Shown here piece after piece: positions 50,591-64,000 of a stretch of DNA of 64,000 nucleotides. The first letter of the stretch is position 1. Each line of letters starts with the position of its first letter. Both the position numbers and the translations under genes were made by a program. The stretch is from Lytechinus pictus. Lineage: Eukaryota. The notes beneath the pieces were generated by a model. The model saw only the letters and a list, made by a program, of their open reading frames with translations, had not been told where the DNA came from and did no database searches. The stretch lies in contig NC_087251.1 in the NCBI RefSeq assembly GCF_037042905.1, forward strand, positions 7,008,001-7,072,000, written 5' to 3'.

Positions 50591-53500
50591 ATGAATACAC
50601 CAATTTCTTTGAGTGAAACCATTCTCCTACAGAGTACTATGGTAGGCCACATCTTCATTATCATTTTCTCGTTCAGTAAATATGAAATTTAAGACATTGA
50701 AGGATCAAGGGGGGCTCGTGCCCCCTTTTGAGAGGAATATACGTCGTTAAAACACAAGTGTGCCCCCCCCCCCCTTGAAAGTGATGTCCTTAAATTTTGG
50801 GTGACGATTTTTTATTGGATGTTTTTAATTATAAATACAAGGAATATTTTAATCCAGATACACAATAGAAAAGGTCATTACGATAGCCACACGACGCATT
50901 AACCAATGTAAGATTTTAGCGCCATATTCAATGGCTTGTAAAGTGCTTGATGTATAGGCCCTATTTATATTTCCTATTTTTTTAATTATCATAGTCGTTC
51001 AACTTTCTCTTTTAGTCAACTTTTACCACAAGCACACTGTTTTGTTAATGGGCGCGTTTTACTGCGTTATTTTGCCTCTTCGATATGCGGTTTTGGTGTA
51101 TTATCTCTGACGAGTTTATTATGAGTGATTTGTCCTTCCATTTCTACAAATTGATTTGAATTTCGATGTCCTCCACCCCCCCCCCCCCCGCAGACGACCC
51201 AGGCCCAGTATCAATTTGACCCTGCCTCTCAGCAAGTGATCGACTCACTACCTTCCAAACACACGAGTCATCGTCAAGCCTCAGAAGCTATCCATGATGC
51301 AGCTGGAAGGATTGCTTCTTCTACTGAACATGGTCGTACATCAATGAGGAATGGACTGACTTATGATCAGTTCCTTGCTGGTAAATAACTTAGGAATAGG
51401 ATCCAAAATTAAATGTGGACTGTAAGAAGGCAAGATAGTTTTGAAATAAAGGAATGAATTATACGATATTGTAAAGTCGTAAAAGGTGCCAGGCTCTGCA
51501 TGGTATTCAATTGGTGAAGACATGGATAGATCCCGATCTCGTCATGCAGGGGCGGAGATCTCTTCCAAAAGGTAGGGGGACACAGGGGCGGATCCAGCCT
51601 TCGCCAATAGGAGGGGGGGCGGAAATTTGTTTCAGCCATATTTTCCCCGATCGGCAGCTCGAAGATGATTTGTGTTTGTTTCTTTTAAGGGGTAGTCCTC
51701 ATTAGTCAGTTTTTAGCTTTATTCTTATAAATTCATATATAATATCATAATCCTTATTTATATGATGCGAGCGCGAAGCGCGAGCTAATTTTTTGAAATT
51801 TTATGTATTTTTTCCTAAAATTTGAACATTCTGGGCAATGTTTGATATCCTGAAAAAAATCTGTATGCAACTTAATAATTACTACAAATGCAAAGCACGA
51901 GCAGAAATGAACTGATGGAAAAGATACCTGTTAAAGACTGCGTGCAGTTAGCATTTAACAATCAAATAATGCGAGCGCGAGCTGTTTTTTTTGTGGACAT
52001 TTTCACCTAAAGAATGGAAATTCTAAGCACTTTTGTATCTCAAGCAGAATAGGTATATAAGAAGAAAATTGATGCGAGCGCGAAGCGCGAGCGGAAAATT
52101 TCGAGATTTAGTCCTATAATATTTACTGAACGAGACACTCTATTCATGTTTTGTAAATCATGAACAAGATGAGTATTAATCATGCGAGCGCATAGCGCGA
52201 GCAAAAATTTTTTATATACGTACCTGTTGAAAAGGTACCTGTTAAGGACTGCTTGCACTTAGCCATGAAGGCGTTACATATTTCAACAATAAAAAAATGC
52301 GAGCGCGAAGCGCGAGCTGAAAATTTCTAAAGAAAGAATGGAAAATTTTAATCAATTTTTGTAATCGTGAACAGGATAGATATATAATTCAACAATTGAT
52401 GCGAGCGCGAAGCGCGAGCAGAAAAAAAATCGAGATTTAGACCTAAAAATGGGCCACTCTGTTCGTGTTTTGTAAACAGCCATAGGCTGATCGAGGGCTT
52501 TTTACCGTGTTTAAATAAAATAAATCAATTGAAATTAATGTTTTGTAAATCATGAAAAGGATGAGTAATAGGGGGTCTTCCTACATTAATAATGCGAGCA
52601 CAAAGCGCGAGCAGAAAAATTTTGATATTGTGATCTGAAACTGGATAATGATTTAAATATAGAACAAGTTGAGTATTTGAATAAACATGCGCGCGCGTGT
52701 TTCATATTTAGACCTAGAATCTAGGCATTCTAAATACATCTTTAATCATGAAAATCATGAAACTTTGATATTCCGATCTGAAAAAAGAGTCAATTACCGC
52801 TTTATATTTCAAGCACTTTGTAGGAAAATTGTAAGGTGGATATAGATTGCACTTTAAAAAAAGAGCTAAAATTGTCATTATTATTACTTTGAGTTTTGAC
52901 ATAGGACCGGGACATCCTTACGACATGTTATGAAAATGATGACTATCTTCCTATTCCTCTTGCTAAGTGCGAGATGAAACAAAAGGGACAATTTAATTAT
53001 TAAATTAATATCATATTTATTAATGCCTAAAGAGGGCGCGAAATCTGATGATATTATGGCATAAAAACTGGAAATTTCACGTTTGTAATTATGAATAGGA
53101 TGCATCAGTTAATATGATTTATTTTTAACCATTAATGCGAGCGCAAATCGCGAGCTAAAATTTTTGATAAACCGTCATGAAAGAGGATTTTAAGTAGTTT
53201 GTTGTATAATCAATATTGAAACATTCATATCACTCGCCAATCAAAATGCCAGCGTGCAGCGCTAGCTGATACGTCTTGACAATCAGACCTGAAAAGGGAT
53301 ATTTTGAAAACTTTATGGAATACACGAAAATAATAGGTACCTGATAAATCAAAATTTGCAAGCGCGCAGCGCAAGCAGCAAATGTTGATAAAATTATTCA
53401 GACCATAAAACTGACATTTTTACAGAGCACTTTTTAAAAATCAATTTGTAAATCACACACAATAATGAAAGTTCGATCTCCAAGGTGAAATATGTTTTGT

Positions 53501-56217
53501 ATATTTACTTCTAAACTTGATATTTGAGCTCCATATTGAACAAGATATGTAAATCACCTAACAGGCAATGCGAGCGCGAAGCGCGAGCGAAAATTTTATA
53601 TAGTGGCACGAAAGAGTCTTTTTATTTTCCAAGTCTTCCCTTCATCTTATTTTATGCACTCGTCGCCTTCTCTTCTTTTTCTCCTCTCTTTTCCCTCTTT
53701 TTTTTCCTTTTTCCTTCTTTCTTTCCCTTTTGTTTTCTCTTTTTGCTCCGCCAATAGGGGGGGGGGGGGGGCTCGGCCTCCGGGATCCGCCTATGGGGAC
53801 AAGGGGCGGGAAAATTTGAAAAGCAAAAAAAAAGGTTATCATCCAAAAAGTACGGTCATCTCGTCCCAACTCGTCCCAAAATACATGTTTTATTTCGATT
53901 TAGAATGATGTATTTCTTACCATCATAAAAGACAAAAAATAGTAGGGGGGACATTTGATATTGTGTCCCCCTACTATTTTGAGTAGGGGGGACACGTCCC
54001 CCCTGTCCCCCTGGGATTTCCGCCCATGTCGTCATGTCAACTTGATAAGTATGATTATTGTCCTTTAAGCTTCCGTAAACAGGAGTTCGAGATTCGCTTC
54101 CATATAAGGGTTGTAATTTCGAAACTTCACAAAGCTATTTAGAAATACATGTACTTATTTTTGTTATTTCTACTGTTCCTGGCGCTTATATTTCCTCTTC
54201 CCCTCTTATACTCGTTTAGGCCGATTTCCCTTTATTTTCACTTTTGTTTTTCAGAGTGAACTGTAGTTAATTACGAACTTGACACAAATAGCAAGCCACA
54301 CGACGAGCATTTTAGGTAGGCCTATTTATAGGTCTAATACATAATACAACAAAAATGAAACACATGCACCCACAAAAACCCCCGATTCTGTTGTAATCGT
54401 AATTTGTTTTACAAATCTGATTCAATGACCGTTGAATTAAAAGAATGCTGAGTATGAATATATTATATTTGAAATTGGAAATTGCCACAGAGAGCCCAAA
54501 ACAAGGCTAGCGTGCTTGGAGAATGATCTTTATTAAATCACAGTGGAAATGGAAACATAATTGGGCAGTGTTTTTAAGAGAAATTAGACGTTATTCAAAG
54601 TTATCTTTTTTTTTTCACCAGGTCTTTTATACAGCGAAGAAACGATGTTAGTAAGTCACCCGGTAAGTCAGTTCATATACTTTGACAATGTCATTTTTAA
54701 TCCTGAGCCCGAATCACCACCTCGATCTAACATGACATCTGGTCGTGCTTTCCTTACTAATCATCGTCTTCTTCTCCTGTCAGCCGAGGTTTATCAAGGT
54801 TTGTATATTACCATGTTACTATAATTCTTATAACCTTATATTAGCTTACAAACTTGGCCTATGATGTTTCTTTGAAACGTAACATGAGAGATGTAATGAT
54901 GTCTGTAATGTAACATGTTAAAGTCCTGCCACATTCTTTACTAAAATTTGGATAGACAATTTGAACCTCACATAAATTATATTTTTATGAAGCAAAATGC
55001 AAAAGAGGGTAGAATTGTGACAAGGAGCCCCCCCCCCCCCCCCGATGACGAGTTCTTTAATTGACGCGATTCTTTCTGACGCATTTTTATTTGTACGTAC
55101 TTTTTTTAAGAATGTGATAGGGGCCGTTTTGGAAGAGGGCTAAGTAAAAAAATGTGGGCTGATAAGGCAAAAAATCACATGCAGATTTATCGTCATTTTC
55201 ACGTTTTTGTATTATGGTATACTGAAAAAAAAAAGCATTGTGAGGGTGCTGAAACCCCCAGTCCCCGCCACGGCTCCTCGGTCCCTGGACCCCTAGATAA
55301 TATTATACATGTATATAACCTTTGAATTGATTCAGGTTTGAGCTTGGAAACTGTGGTCCTTGGTCAGGACAAGAAACCTTCAGGTTACACAATTAAAGGA
55401 AAGGCTTCAGATGTTCTTCATTATCAGAGTATCCCATTGATCAATATCCACAGTGTGGAGTTGAACTGTTGAACGCATCAGTTGGTGTCCAGTCTGTCGA
55501 GACCGTCATGGGATTACGGCCATGCTGCTGTCTGGCTCTGTGTAGCTGTGCAGGGGTAAGCATTGTTCATTAAATTTTTGTTGATATGGCAATCAGTAGC
55601 GTATCTGTATCGAAAATTTACTTCCCGATGCAATAGAAGAGAATGAAGTCAATGCACCCCGCATTCCATCACCCGAATTTTTAATTTTGCCTTTTTTTGC
55701 GCCCCAGAAAATGACATCCGGGGCACTTGCGCCCGTGCCCCTCCCCACCGCCCATGAACACTACGATAAAATTCGCTGGTGACCCCCGGATGGTGTCATA
55801 CTTTGCATATTTCGACCTTGTAAGAAACTGGTCAACCTTTCTCCAAAATATTCAGTCCGGTATAGAATCTCTACTCAATACTGCAGCCTATCCCTGCAAA
55901 CCTCGACCTATCTTCATCTTGCATGCACGTCACTATCATCTATTTGCGTTGCAATTGAGTTATGATAAAATTTCATCATTTCCATTTAGATGGACGATTG
56001 TATGAAGAGCTGGTCATCATCTTCACAGTCTCAAGGAGTTAGTACAAACGAAAGAGTGTTGACCATCGGAGTGACAATGCCTCCATGGAATCACCGTTAC
56101 ATGGTCAAACTTCATCTCAACGGCGGTGTTTCAATGGCCCTGGTCAAGGAGTATATCGTTGAATTCTCTCGTTTTGCACCCAATATCACCACCAAGGCCC
56201 AATCTGCTGCTTTCTAG
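50591..56217 (+). pseudogene. Paralogous GRAM/PH-like gene, copy B, frameshifted (exons 50591-50641, 51194-51380, 54622-54798, 55336-55555, 55990-56217)
   Basis: All five exons and splice sites are present. Exon 4 carries an 8-nt duplication TGTTGAAC (55467-55474) that gives an in-frame TGA at 55470-55472. Confidence 0.8.
51547..54028. mobile_element. hAT MITE containing a nested ~2.2-kb hAT-like element (51583-53795)
   Basis: Outer element has perfect 8-bp TSD TCGTCATG and matches 44571-44886. Inner element CAGGGGCGGATCC...GGATCCGCCTATG is flanked by GGGACA and matches 30457-32769. Confidence 0.85.
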
Positions 56218-56228
56218 GTCACTATAAT

Positions 56229-56954
56229 CAGTGGCGTAACTACCCCAATTGGCTGACCAAAAAAAAAAAAAAACGGGGAAAAGGAGAAAAAGAGGGAGAA
56301 AGGAAGAGGAACGTAGAGGGAAAGAAGAAATTATTATTCATTAAAATGGTATATTATATTATAATCATGTTATATTACATAGGAAACATTTTTTATCATA
56401 ATGAAACATAATTTGCTCAGGGCCTATATGTCTTCATTGTTCCTGGTGCTCGCATTGTCTGTTTAACGAGATATATAAACCTGTTGTACGAAAACCTCCC
56501 GTTTCAAGTCAATATACACCAAATATATTATTGTTTTATGTAGTGACATATGCTTCTTTTGCATGACTACTTAAAGTAATTGCCCCATGTTTATTAAGGG
56601 ATTCCTAAAATATAGTCCTTAAGATCTCGGGGTCAATATATACAAAAATTTCGGCTCGCGCTTCGCGCTCGCATTGTTTAGCGAGACAGGTACGTATCAT
56701 GATTACAAAAATTCAATTATAATGTCCCTTTTTTAGTCTGAATATCAAATACTTTCAGCTCGCGCTTCGCGCCCGCATTATTTGATTACTGAGATGCGTA
56801 TGTTATTCATGATAACAATGACTACAAGTGCTTCCTTAAAATGTCTCTATTAGGTCAGTATACATGACAACTGAGCGCGCGAACACTAAGTGACTCAAAA
56901 TTTTTGCTTGTTCCCCCCCCCCCCCCCAATGCTGTGACCCACGGTACGCCACTG
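56229..56954. mobile_element. hAT-type MITE 11 bp after the stop codon of copy B
   Basis: CAGTGGCGTA...TACGCCACTG with perfect 8-bp TSD ACTATAAT. Confidence 0.88.
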
Positions 56955-58194
56955 ACTATAATTATTTATTTATTTATTCATGTTTTATTTATAACATATG
57001 ATAAAATAAGGTGGAGGATAGTTCGATTCAGTTATAAAACTGCTTTACAACGAAGCCCTCCCCCTTTACAAACATAAAATAGACCATAAACATGATAATA
57101 TATACATAAATACCAGTGAAAATTGACATAAAAAGTTATAATCTATAAAATGAACACAAAAAAGAAAACAAAAACAAACAAAAAGGAAGGAATACTAGAA
57201 GATACTTTGTTATAATAAATGTTTGGCCAATTGGTAATTTATAGAATTGGTGGATTGAACTGAAAATGGGAGTTTATTGAATAGGGAGCTTGCTTTATAA
57301 GAGAAGGATTTTCTTTTAAATAATAAAGTACATTCAGTCGTTGTCATGGAAAATAGTTTAAGCAGATTCAAAGTCGGTCGTTACCATGGTAATCTAAAAT
57401 AGTCCAAGTTCCAATCAATATTGAAATAAATCATTAACTATGAAAAGCTGGCACAATGCCTGCATGGCGCAAGGAATTCTTGTAGAACCATTGCTATCAT
57501 TTTGCGTATTGTGGCATCATCATGAATGGTATACTCAATAGTCTTTATAAAATAGAATTTAAAGAGGCATACCATTCAAGATTGTTTTATAGAAACTTTG
57601 AAGCAAATTAAAGTTGAAAGACCATGAAAATCACCATCTCACTCTTGTAACATAATCCTAAAACGCTTAGAAACAATATACTCACAACAATTAGATTTAA
57701 ATTGTTCGTATTTTTTTATATACCTTGTGGCTAAAATATCCCATCAGATGTTTTATATCGTTTAATGCAATTCTTTTTTTTTCATTCGCAAAAAGCACAT
57801 CGAACAATTCTATTTAGCGTATTTTCATTAGTAGGCCCAGTGTACATACTGTACGTATTTTTTCAACATAAAAAGTATAGTAACCACAATATTTGATAAT
57901 AATAGGAAAGACAAATGCATCATAAAAAGAAGGTAGACTAAATTGAGCTTACAGTAAAATGCCCTGTAAAGTATGCTTTCATCCTATATTGTGACGAAAT
58001 TGGTATTCGTGCTAGTTTAAGTTAAATTATCCTGACTGATGATTGATAGTAATACGGTCTTCCACAAATTAGCCAAAAAATGATGGTAGTATCGCATTTC
58101 TATAGCGCATAGTAAACGAATACATGCACTTTAAATTATAGTTGTCAGTCATGCTTTTTAAATATTTTTCAGTCCGATCATTCGTTTCTGGTAT

Positions 58195-59555
58195 TTAATT
58201 GCAGTTGCTTACGTTGTTAGTCAGATCTTTTGTACAAGCTGCATCCATGCTTCCACAACGTAGAGATTTCTTGCCAAATTTCCGTCAGTTGAGGAATTCT
58301 AACCGTCTTCGCCGCACACCATGCCATACTTCTAGGTACCAAATATCATTCCTACCTCAATTAAGCAGTGAAGACAATCAATGACCTAAAACTTGTTTAA
58401 TTCCATTTCTATCTTGTGTGTTTTGTAAATATACAGTACTTTCCCACATTCTTCCCCTGTTTTTTCTCTCTCTCCTCGTTTCTCTCTACTTTCTATCTTT
58501 CCTTCTTTTTCCTTCAATCTTCTGTTATTCTCTCTTTTTATTTCTCCTCTCTTGAAATTGTCTGCTACTTTTAAAATTCTTTTTCCTTTATGATTTTAAA
58601 AAAAATCTAATTATTCACCCCTTGTGGTCTTGCTTCTCCCCTCTTTCCTCTCCCCTTTTCTCCGCTCTCTTTCTCTTTCCAATTTTGTCTATTCCTTACT
58701 GAATCGTTCTCTTTCCCTCTCTCCCTCCCCTTTTTTCTTTCCTTTTTTGTATCTGCTTTTTCTTTTTTTTCTTCCATTTGGGAATTACTTGTTGCTATAT
58801 ACTCCTCAGGTTTAGATTTACACCTTGCACACGTTTAAAATAGTTCGCAATTTATCCTCCCATGTGCAATAATAATTGAGTACACTTCTTGCATGACAAT
58901 GTGATGATACAATGAGAATGTAGAAATGTACGTTTGCAGGGAATCTCAATCTTGATCTCTATACTTACCCTTTTTTGTAACTTACATTGTTGTTTTTTGG
59001 GGCCCTTGCCCTCCTTTACTGATCATTGTTAAATATATTGTATTGTATTCTGAGTTTCTATTTTAAAGGTTGCCTCTTTTTCTCTTCCCACCTTTCACTT
59101 TCCCTTTTCTTTTGACTTATCTCTTGCTTCCATTTCCCCCTTTTTTCATTATTGACACCTCCGCTTGTAGTATGGTTATTGGTATTTTATTTTAGTAATT
59201 TTGTACAGGTGAGACCCCCTGAGATTCAGGGTAGTTGTGTGTGTGTGGTTTGGGTTTACCGTTGATTTGCAATGATTTGGGGCTCTTGTTAGTGGTCGGT
59301 TTCTGGGTCCTGGTTTTCCCCTCCCCACCCCCTCTTTCCTTTTTTAGTATATTTCCCTTCCTGCATTTTTATGCATTTATGATACATTTTTTCGTTTGTA
59401 TGAATTTGTGTATTGTATTTGAATATTTACTTATAATGTTTACTTTAAATTTTTGTTATGATGCTGTTTGTAAACAATCGCATATTTCAGTCTTTGGACT
59501 GCTTGAGATTGTATATTTTTGATAGTGTTATCGTAATAAAATCGAATATATATAT
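58195..59555 (+). mobile_element. 5'-truncated LINE 3' end, unit B only
   Basis: ORF2 C-terminus-like peptide (MLPQRR...LRN...PCHTSRYQISFLP), long pyrimidine-rich 3' UTR, AATAAA near 59535. Absent from the paralogous site (~39630). Confidence 0.6.
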
Positions 59556-60991
59556 TCATAATTTGAAATTGTAAAGAATCCACACTACGGATTATTTTTA
59601 TCGGACGTCAATTTGTACATCTCTATACTTTTAATGTTTTTAATAACGCGAGAAAGGATACAAACTACCAGGGGAGCGTTTCATGAAAGGACTTGTCAGA
59701 TGTTTTATCCGACAAGTACTTTTTTATTCGACAGTTACTGTGGTAACAGTGCCTCTCAGCCAATCATTATCAAGGAAAGTTGTCAGACCTGACAACATTT
59801 ACGGACGAAAATGTTGATGAAACGCTCCCCAGGACATTTATACTATTCAGGACTTTTAGTAATACCAGGACAATTATACCCACCGTTTATGTCTTGTTCT
59901 GTATCGAAACTACATAAAAATAGCTGGTCTTAGTTAACAAAAAAAAGAAGTAATTTCAAAGACTGATTTTGATTATTTGATAACCTAATGGCTGAAATGT
60001 ATGTATTTTCATTTCTAAGAAACTTGAGGTATTTCACTTTGACTAAGTTTGGTTTATATACAATTTTGTACATAATGAATTGATTAATAAAAGTCTTAAT
60101 CATGGTATCCCGACTCCTAAACAAATAGTGTTTTGAAATAATGCAGGAAAATGATGTATAGCTTGTAGGATATCATGCAGAAATCCTAAAAAGATTCATT
60201 TCCGTGTGCTACTTACACGGTGTCATATCAGAGAGTAAAAAAATTGTAATAATGATAACATTATTCCTTTGTAAATGCAAAATTAAGACATAATTAAATT
60301 ACCAAGATCAAGATAAGAGAGAAGAATGAGAAGCGTATACAGATAAAATAAAAAGATGCAGTATTGATGACGAACAATTTGATAAGTTCCATGTTTATCA
60401 GCCAACAGCCATGCGTAAAACTGTTATTAAGTTGAGTGAATGTGACTGTGTGACATAATGAAACATCATCCTGAGGGGGGGGGGGGGGTCAGACGATGGA
60501 ACGTCTACTACGTCAAGGTAAGAGGATGGATTACTACCCCCTCCCTTCTCCAGGTGCTGTTTATTTTTAGGGGGGTTCTGAGGGCTTGAAAAAGGTTTTG
60601 ACGTTTGTTTATCCAATACTACTGTATGAAAATGGCACATAATGGGCAGCATATACTGAACGTGATATACTAAGCAACAAGCTGTCAGCCCCTCTAAAAC
60701 ATATTACGGTATTATGCGAGGGAGCGAGCGACCCCCCCCCCCCCCCCCATATTCAAAATGCTTGAAAATATTTTTTGTTCACAACATCTACATGTCTACC
60801 ACCCATCAGGGCATTTAAAAAAGTGACCAATGTTGTTACCATCTCTAGGCGTTTCATTTATTCATAAGTGAGTGAGCCTAGCAAAGAATACAAAAAGTCC
60901 TAATTTCAAGAGCAGTATTTTCACACTAATCTTTAGAGAGAGAATGTGGTGACCGCGGAGAGATAATTTTCGAAGTGAAACCTATCGATTT

Positions 60992-61566
60992 TGAACTTCC
61001 AAGTAGATGTATACATCTACATTTCTTTAACAGCTTGAATTCCTGATGTAGGCCTTTTCGCAACATGTAGAAAGGTTGCAAAAGAACATGAACCGAGTTT
61101 GCTAACCTGCGCAGCACGTCATTGGTCTACATAATAGAGTATTGTAGAGAATAGAGTCAATTCATTCAAACAGAGGCGTCGACACTTGGGGGCAGGGTGC
61201 GATCGCCCCTACGAAAATATTTAGGAGGGAAAAATTTCGATTTGCCTCCCCATCAAATATATTTGACCACTTGAAAATTGTGAACTTCCAAGTAGATGTA
61301 TACATCTACATTTCTTTAACAGCTTGAATTCCTGATGTAGGCCTTTTCGCAACATGTAGAAAAGTTGCAAAAGAACATGAACCGAGATCGCTACCATGCG
61401 CAGCACGTCATTGGTCTACATAATAGAGTATTGTAGAGAATAGAGTCAATTCATTCAAACAGAGGCGTCGACACTTGGGGGCAGGGTGCGATCGCCCCTA
61501 CGAAAATATTCGGGAGGGAAAATTTCAATTTGCCTCCCCATCAAATAAATTTGACCACTTGAAAAT
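60992..61566. repeat. ~289-bp direct tandem duplication
   Basis: GAACTTCCAAGTAGATGTATACATCTAC...GACCACTTGAAAAT present twice with few differences. Confidence 0.88.
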
Positions 61567-61799
61567 GATAATAATGCAATGCAAAATATGCTTGAAAAGC
61601 ATCGGAAAGCACTATAAACCATTAATTTTGATATAAAAATACTATCAAACAAGAAATATGGTCAATTATTTTTCGGCGTGCTTCACGCGCAAAATTCTTC
61701 ATTATAACTTGGCAAATTTTTTTAATTCTCACCCTCTCTTATCCGAAGTGTGGATCGACACTTCTAACGATAAACTATTCTTCTAACTCTATGTTTTAA

Positions 61800-63823
61800 A
61801 GGACAAGTCCACCCCAACAAAAAGTTGATTTGAATAAAGAGAAAAACAAAATCCAACAAGCATAACACTATATAGCCTATAATCTAGTCGGAGGCTGCAG
61901 TTATTGTCTTTGGTGTTATGCTGAACGCAAGCGATACGTCTGATATGACTAAAGACTAAAAATTGGGCCACATCGGGGCCCCGTCTTACAAAGAGTTACG
62001 TTTGATCCTATCAATCGTAACTATGGACGGCCAGCAACGTCATCATCTATTATGCATATTTGTCCAAAATATTTTCTAGCTATGATGTATATTCATGCAT
62101 TCATAGTTTTCTTGAAAATTCACTGCGCTTCTCTTTGCATACAGAGGACATTGTGCAAGGTTTTCGTAGAAAAAAATTTGACACTGATGGATTTCCATAG
62201 AGTTACGATTGATCGGATCAATCGTAACTGTTTGTAAGACGGGGCCCAGACGTATCGCTTGCGTTCAGCATGAACAGCAAAGACAAACTGCAGTCTCCGC
62301 CTATATAGATTATGGGCTATAGCATAACACTGAAAATTTCATAAAAATCGGATGTAAAATAAGAAAGTTATGACATTTTAAAGTTTCGCTTAATGGTTTT
62401 AAGGTTTTATTAAAATATCCACATATCGCAGCCATTTAGACTGAATTGCATTGGATTTACAAAATATAACAATAAAATGATAACATGATATAGCAATCGA
62501 ACATTATAAATATATTATTTACAAATAAAAATACAAACAATTAGGTACGTAACTTGACAGATTAAGGAAAGGGTGAACAGAGTGTAGAGAGAAGGGGAAA
62601 GGGAGGTACAATAGAAGAGGGAAAGAGGGTGGGGGAAGATGAAGATGAGAGTAGTAGTACACAGATGTAATTCTAATTTAAACCGAGAAGAGTACATGTA
62701 TATCAAAATATAAATATAACTATGGTAATGTTATGTAAATTAAAAGTTTCAGCGAACCCCCCCCCCTTCTATATGAGTGTATTGAAACGTATATGGTATA
62801 CGTGATTATGGTGATAATTGACTAAGAACATTGGTACAGCAAATAGGATGATAAAATATACTAGTAATCAAACAAAACATAAGTGAGAATTTGAGTGATA
62901 GGGGTGTGAAGTTTACATGAAATAATTAAAGCAAAAATCTTGAAAAATGTACCACATATTAAGATTAAACAATGACAAGAACATAAACAGTTGAATTTTG
63001 GAAAGAAAAATAATAAATGCAATCAATCAATCAAAAGAACATATCAACTGAACAAAGAGGCGGGTATGAAAGAAAATATCATAAACTGACCATTGTGTAG
63101 ACAATGATAAACATACATTAAGTATATTGTCATTAAAATAATATAATAGGGCACCTGTGCAAGTACAATTAATTTCACAAAACAATTATTATGCACATCC
63201 TGCATGGGTCCCGTTTCATAAAGGACTTGCAACTGTTATAACTTTGCCATTATGGCAACTACCATGGTAACAAGGCCCAGCAGTCAACCAAAATCAAGGT
63301 TGCCATGGTACTTGTCATAATGGCAAAGTTACAACAGTTGCAAGTCCTTTATGAAACGGGCCCCTGGTCGGTATGCAAATGAGGAGACAGATGACGTCAT
63401 CCACTCACTTTTTCTTTTGTATTTTATTATACGAAATATTCTAATTTCTCTTCTTTGTCAAGTGAAACAACGATTAATTGCTCCCTGAACATGTGGAATC
63501 AGTATTGTTTGATACTAAATGGTTCAGTCAAGTTGGTCCTTATTGTCAAATAATTATGTAAAAAAATGAAATATCATGTATAAAAATTCAAACAATTAAA
63601 AAAAACAAAAGAAATAGTGAGTGAGGGACATCGTCGCCTGTCTCATTTGCATGTCACTGGGATGTGCATGCATATCACTGTTATTATTTTTTTTAATAAG
63701 CGAAACTTTAAATTGTCATAATTTTCTTATTTTACATCTATTTTAATGAAATTTTCAGCATTATGCTAGTTTGATTTTTCTCTATTTACTGAAATCAACA
63801 TTTCTCTGGGTTGGACTTGACCT
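61800..63823. mobile_element. Kolobok/T2-type MITE expanded by several nested insertions
   Basis: TTAA|AGGACAAGTCCACCCCA...TTGGACTTGACCT|TTAA, same family as the 604-bp 21807-22410. Nested inverted-repeat elements at ~61870-62320, ~61975-62247 and ~63206-63363. Confidence 0.8.
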
Positions 63824-64000
63824 TTAAATAACTTTACACTCGGTCAGGGAGAATATAGCGACAGAGCCATTTTCTCAACAATACAAAACACATCATAAAG
63901 GATGACAAAATTATTGAGAGCGCTTTTGACAAAAAATACAAATTTTTAGTTAAAACTTCAATTTTAAGGAATTAGTACATTCGTGGTGGGTGAAGTAGAG

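Larger units (their letters stand above)
41280..60925 (+). repeat. Tandem segmental duplication, unit B
   Basis: Colinear paralogue of unit A with independent transposon insertions. Boundaries approximate. Confidence 0.85.

Overview
AT-rich, intron-containing animal genomic DNA. The HSP90 intron positions and repeat types suggest an invertebrate deuterostome, plausibly a sea urchin (inference). Left part (minus strand): the 5' eight coding exons of a cytosolic HSP90 gene that continues off the left edge. Its promoter near 15.4-15.5 kb has a six-unit heat-shock element next to both a TATA box and a consensus splice donor. HSP90 introns hold a sense-oriented CR1/L2-group LINE with an intact ~1000-aa APE-RT ORF2 that ends ~20 nt from a splice acceptor, and a ~1.95-kb solo LTR. 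Right part (plus strand): a head-to-tail tandem duplication (~18.3-41.1 kb and ~41.3-60.9 kb). Each unit carries a five-coding-exon gene for an uncharacterised ~283-aa protein with a GRAM/PH-like motif and a cysteine cluster. Copy A is intact; copy B has an 8-nt frameshifting duplication. The rest is dense with non-autonomous DNA transposons (hAT-, Kolobok/T2-, Tc1-, Harbinger-, IS3EU-like), two tRNA-derived SINE families, LINE fragments and tandem repeats, many nested and with readable target-site duplications. All coordinates and comparisons were read by eye; no searches were run.
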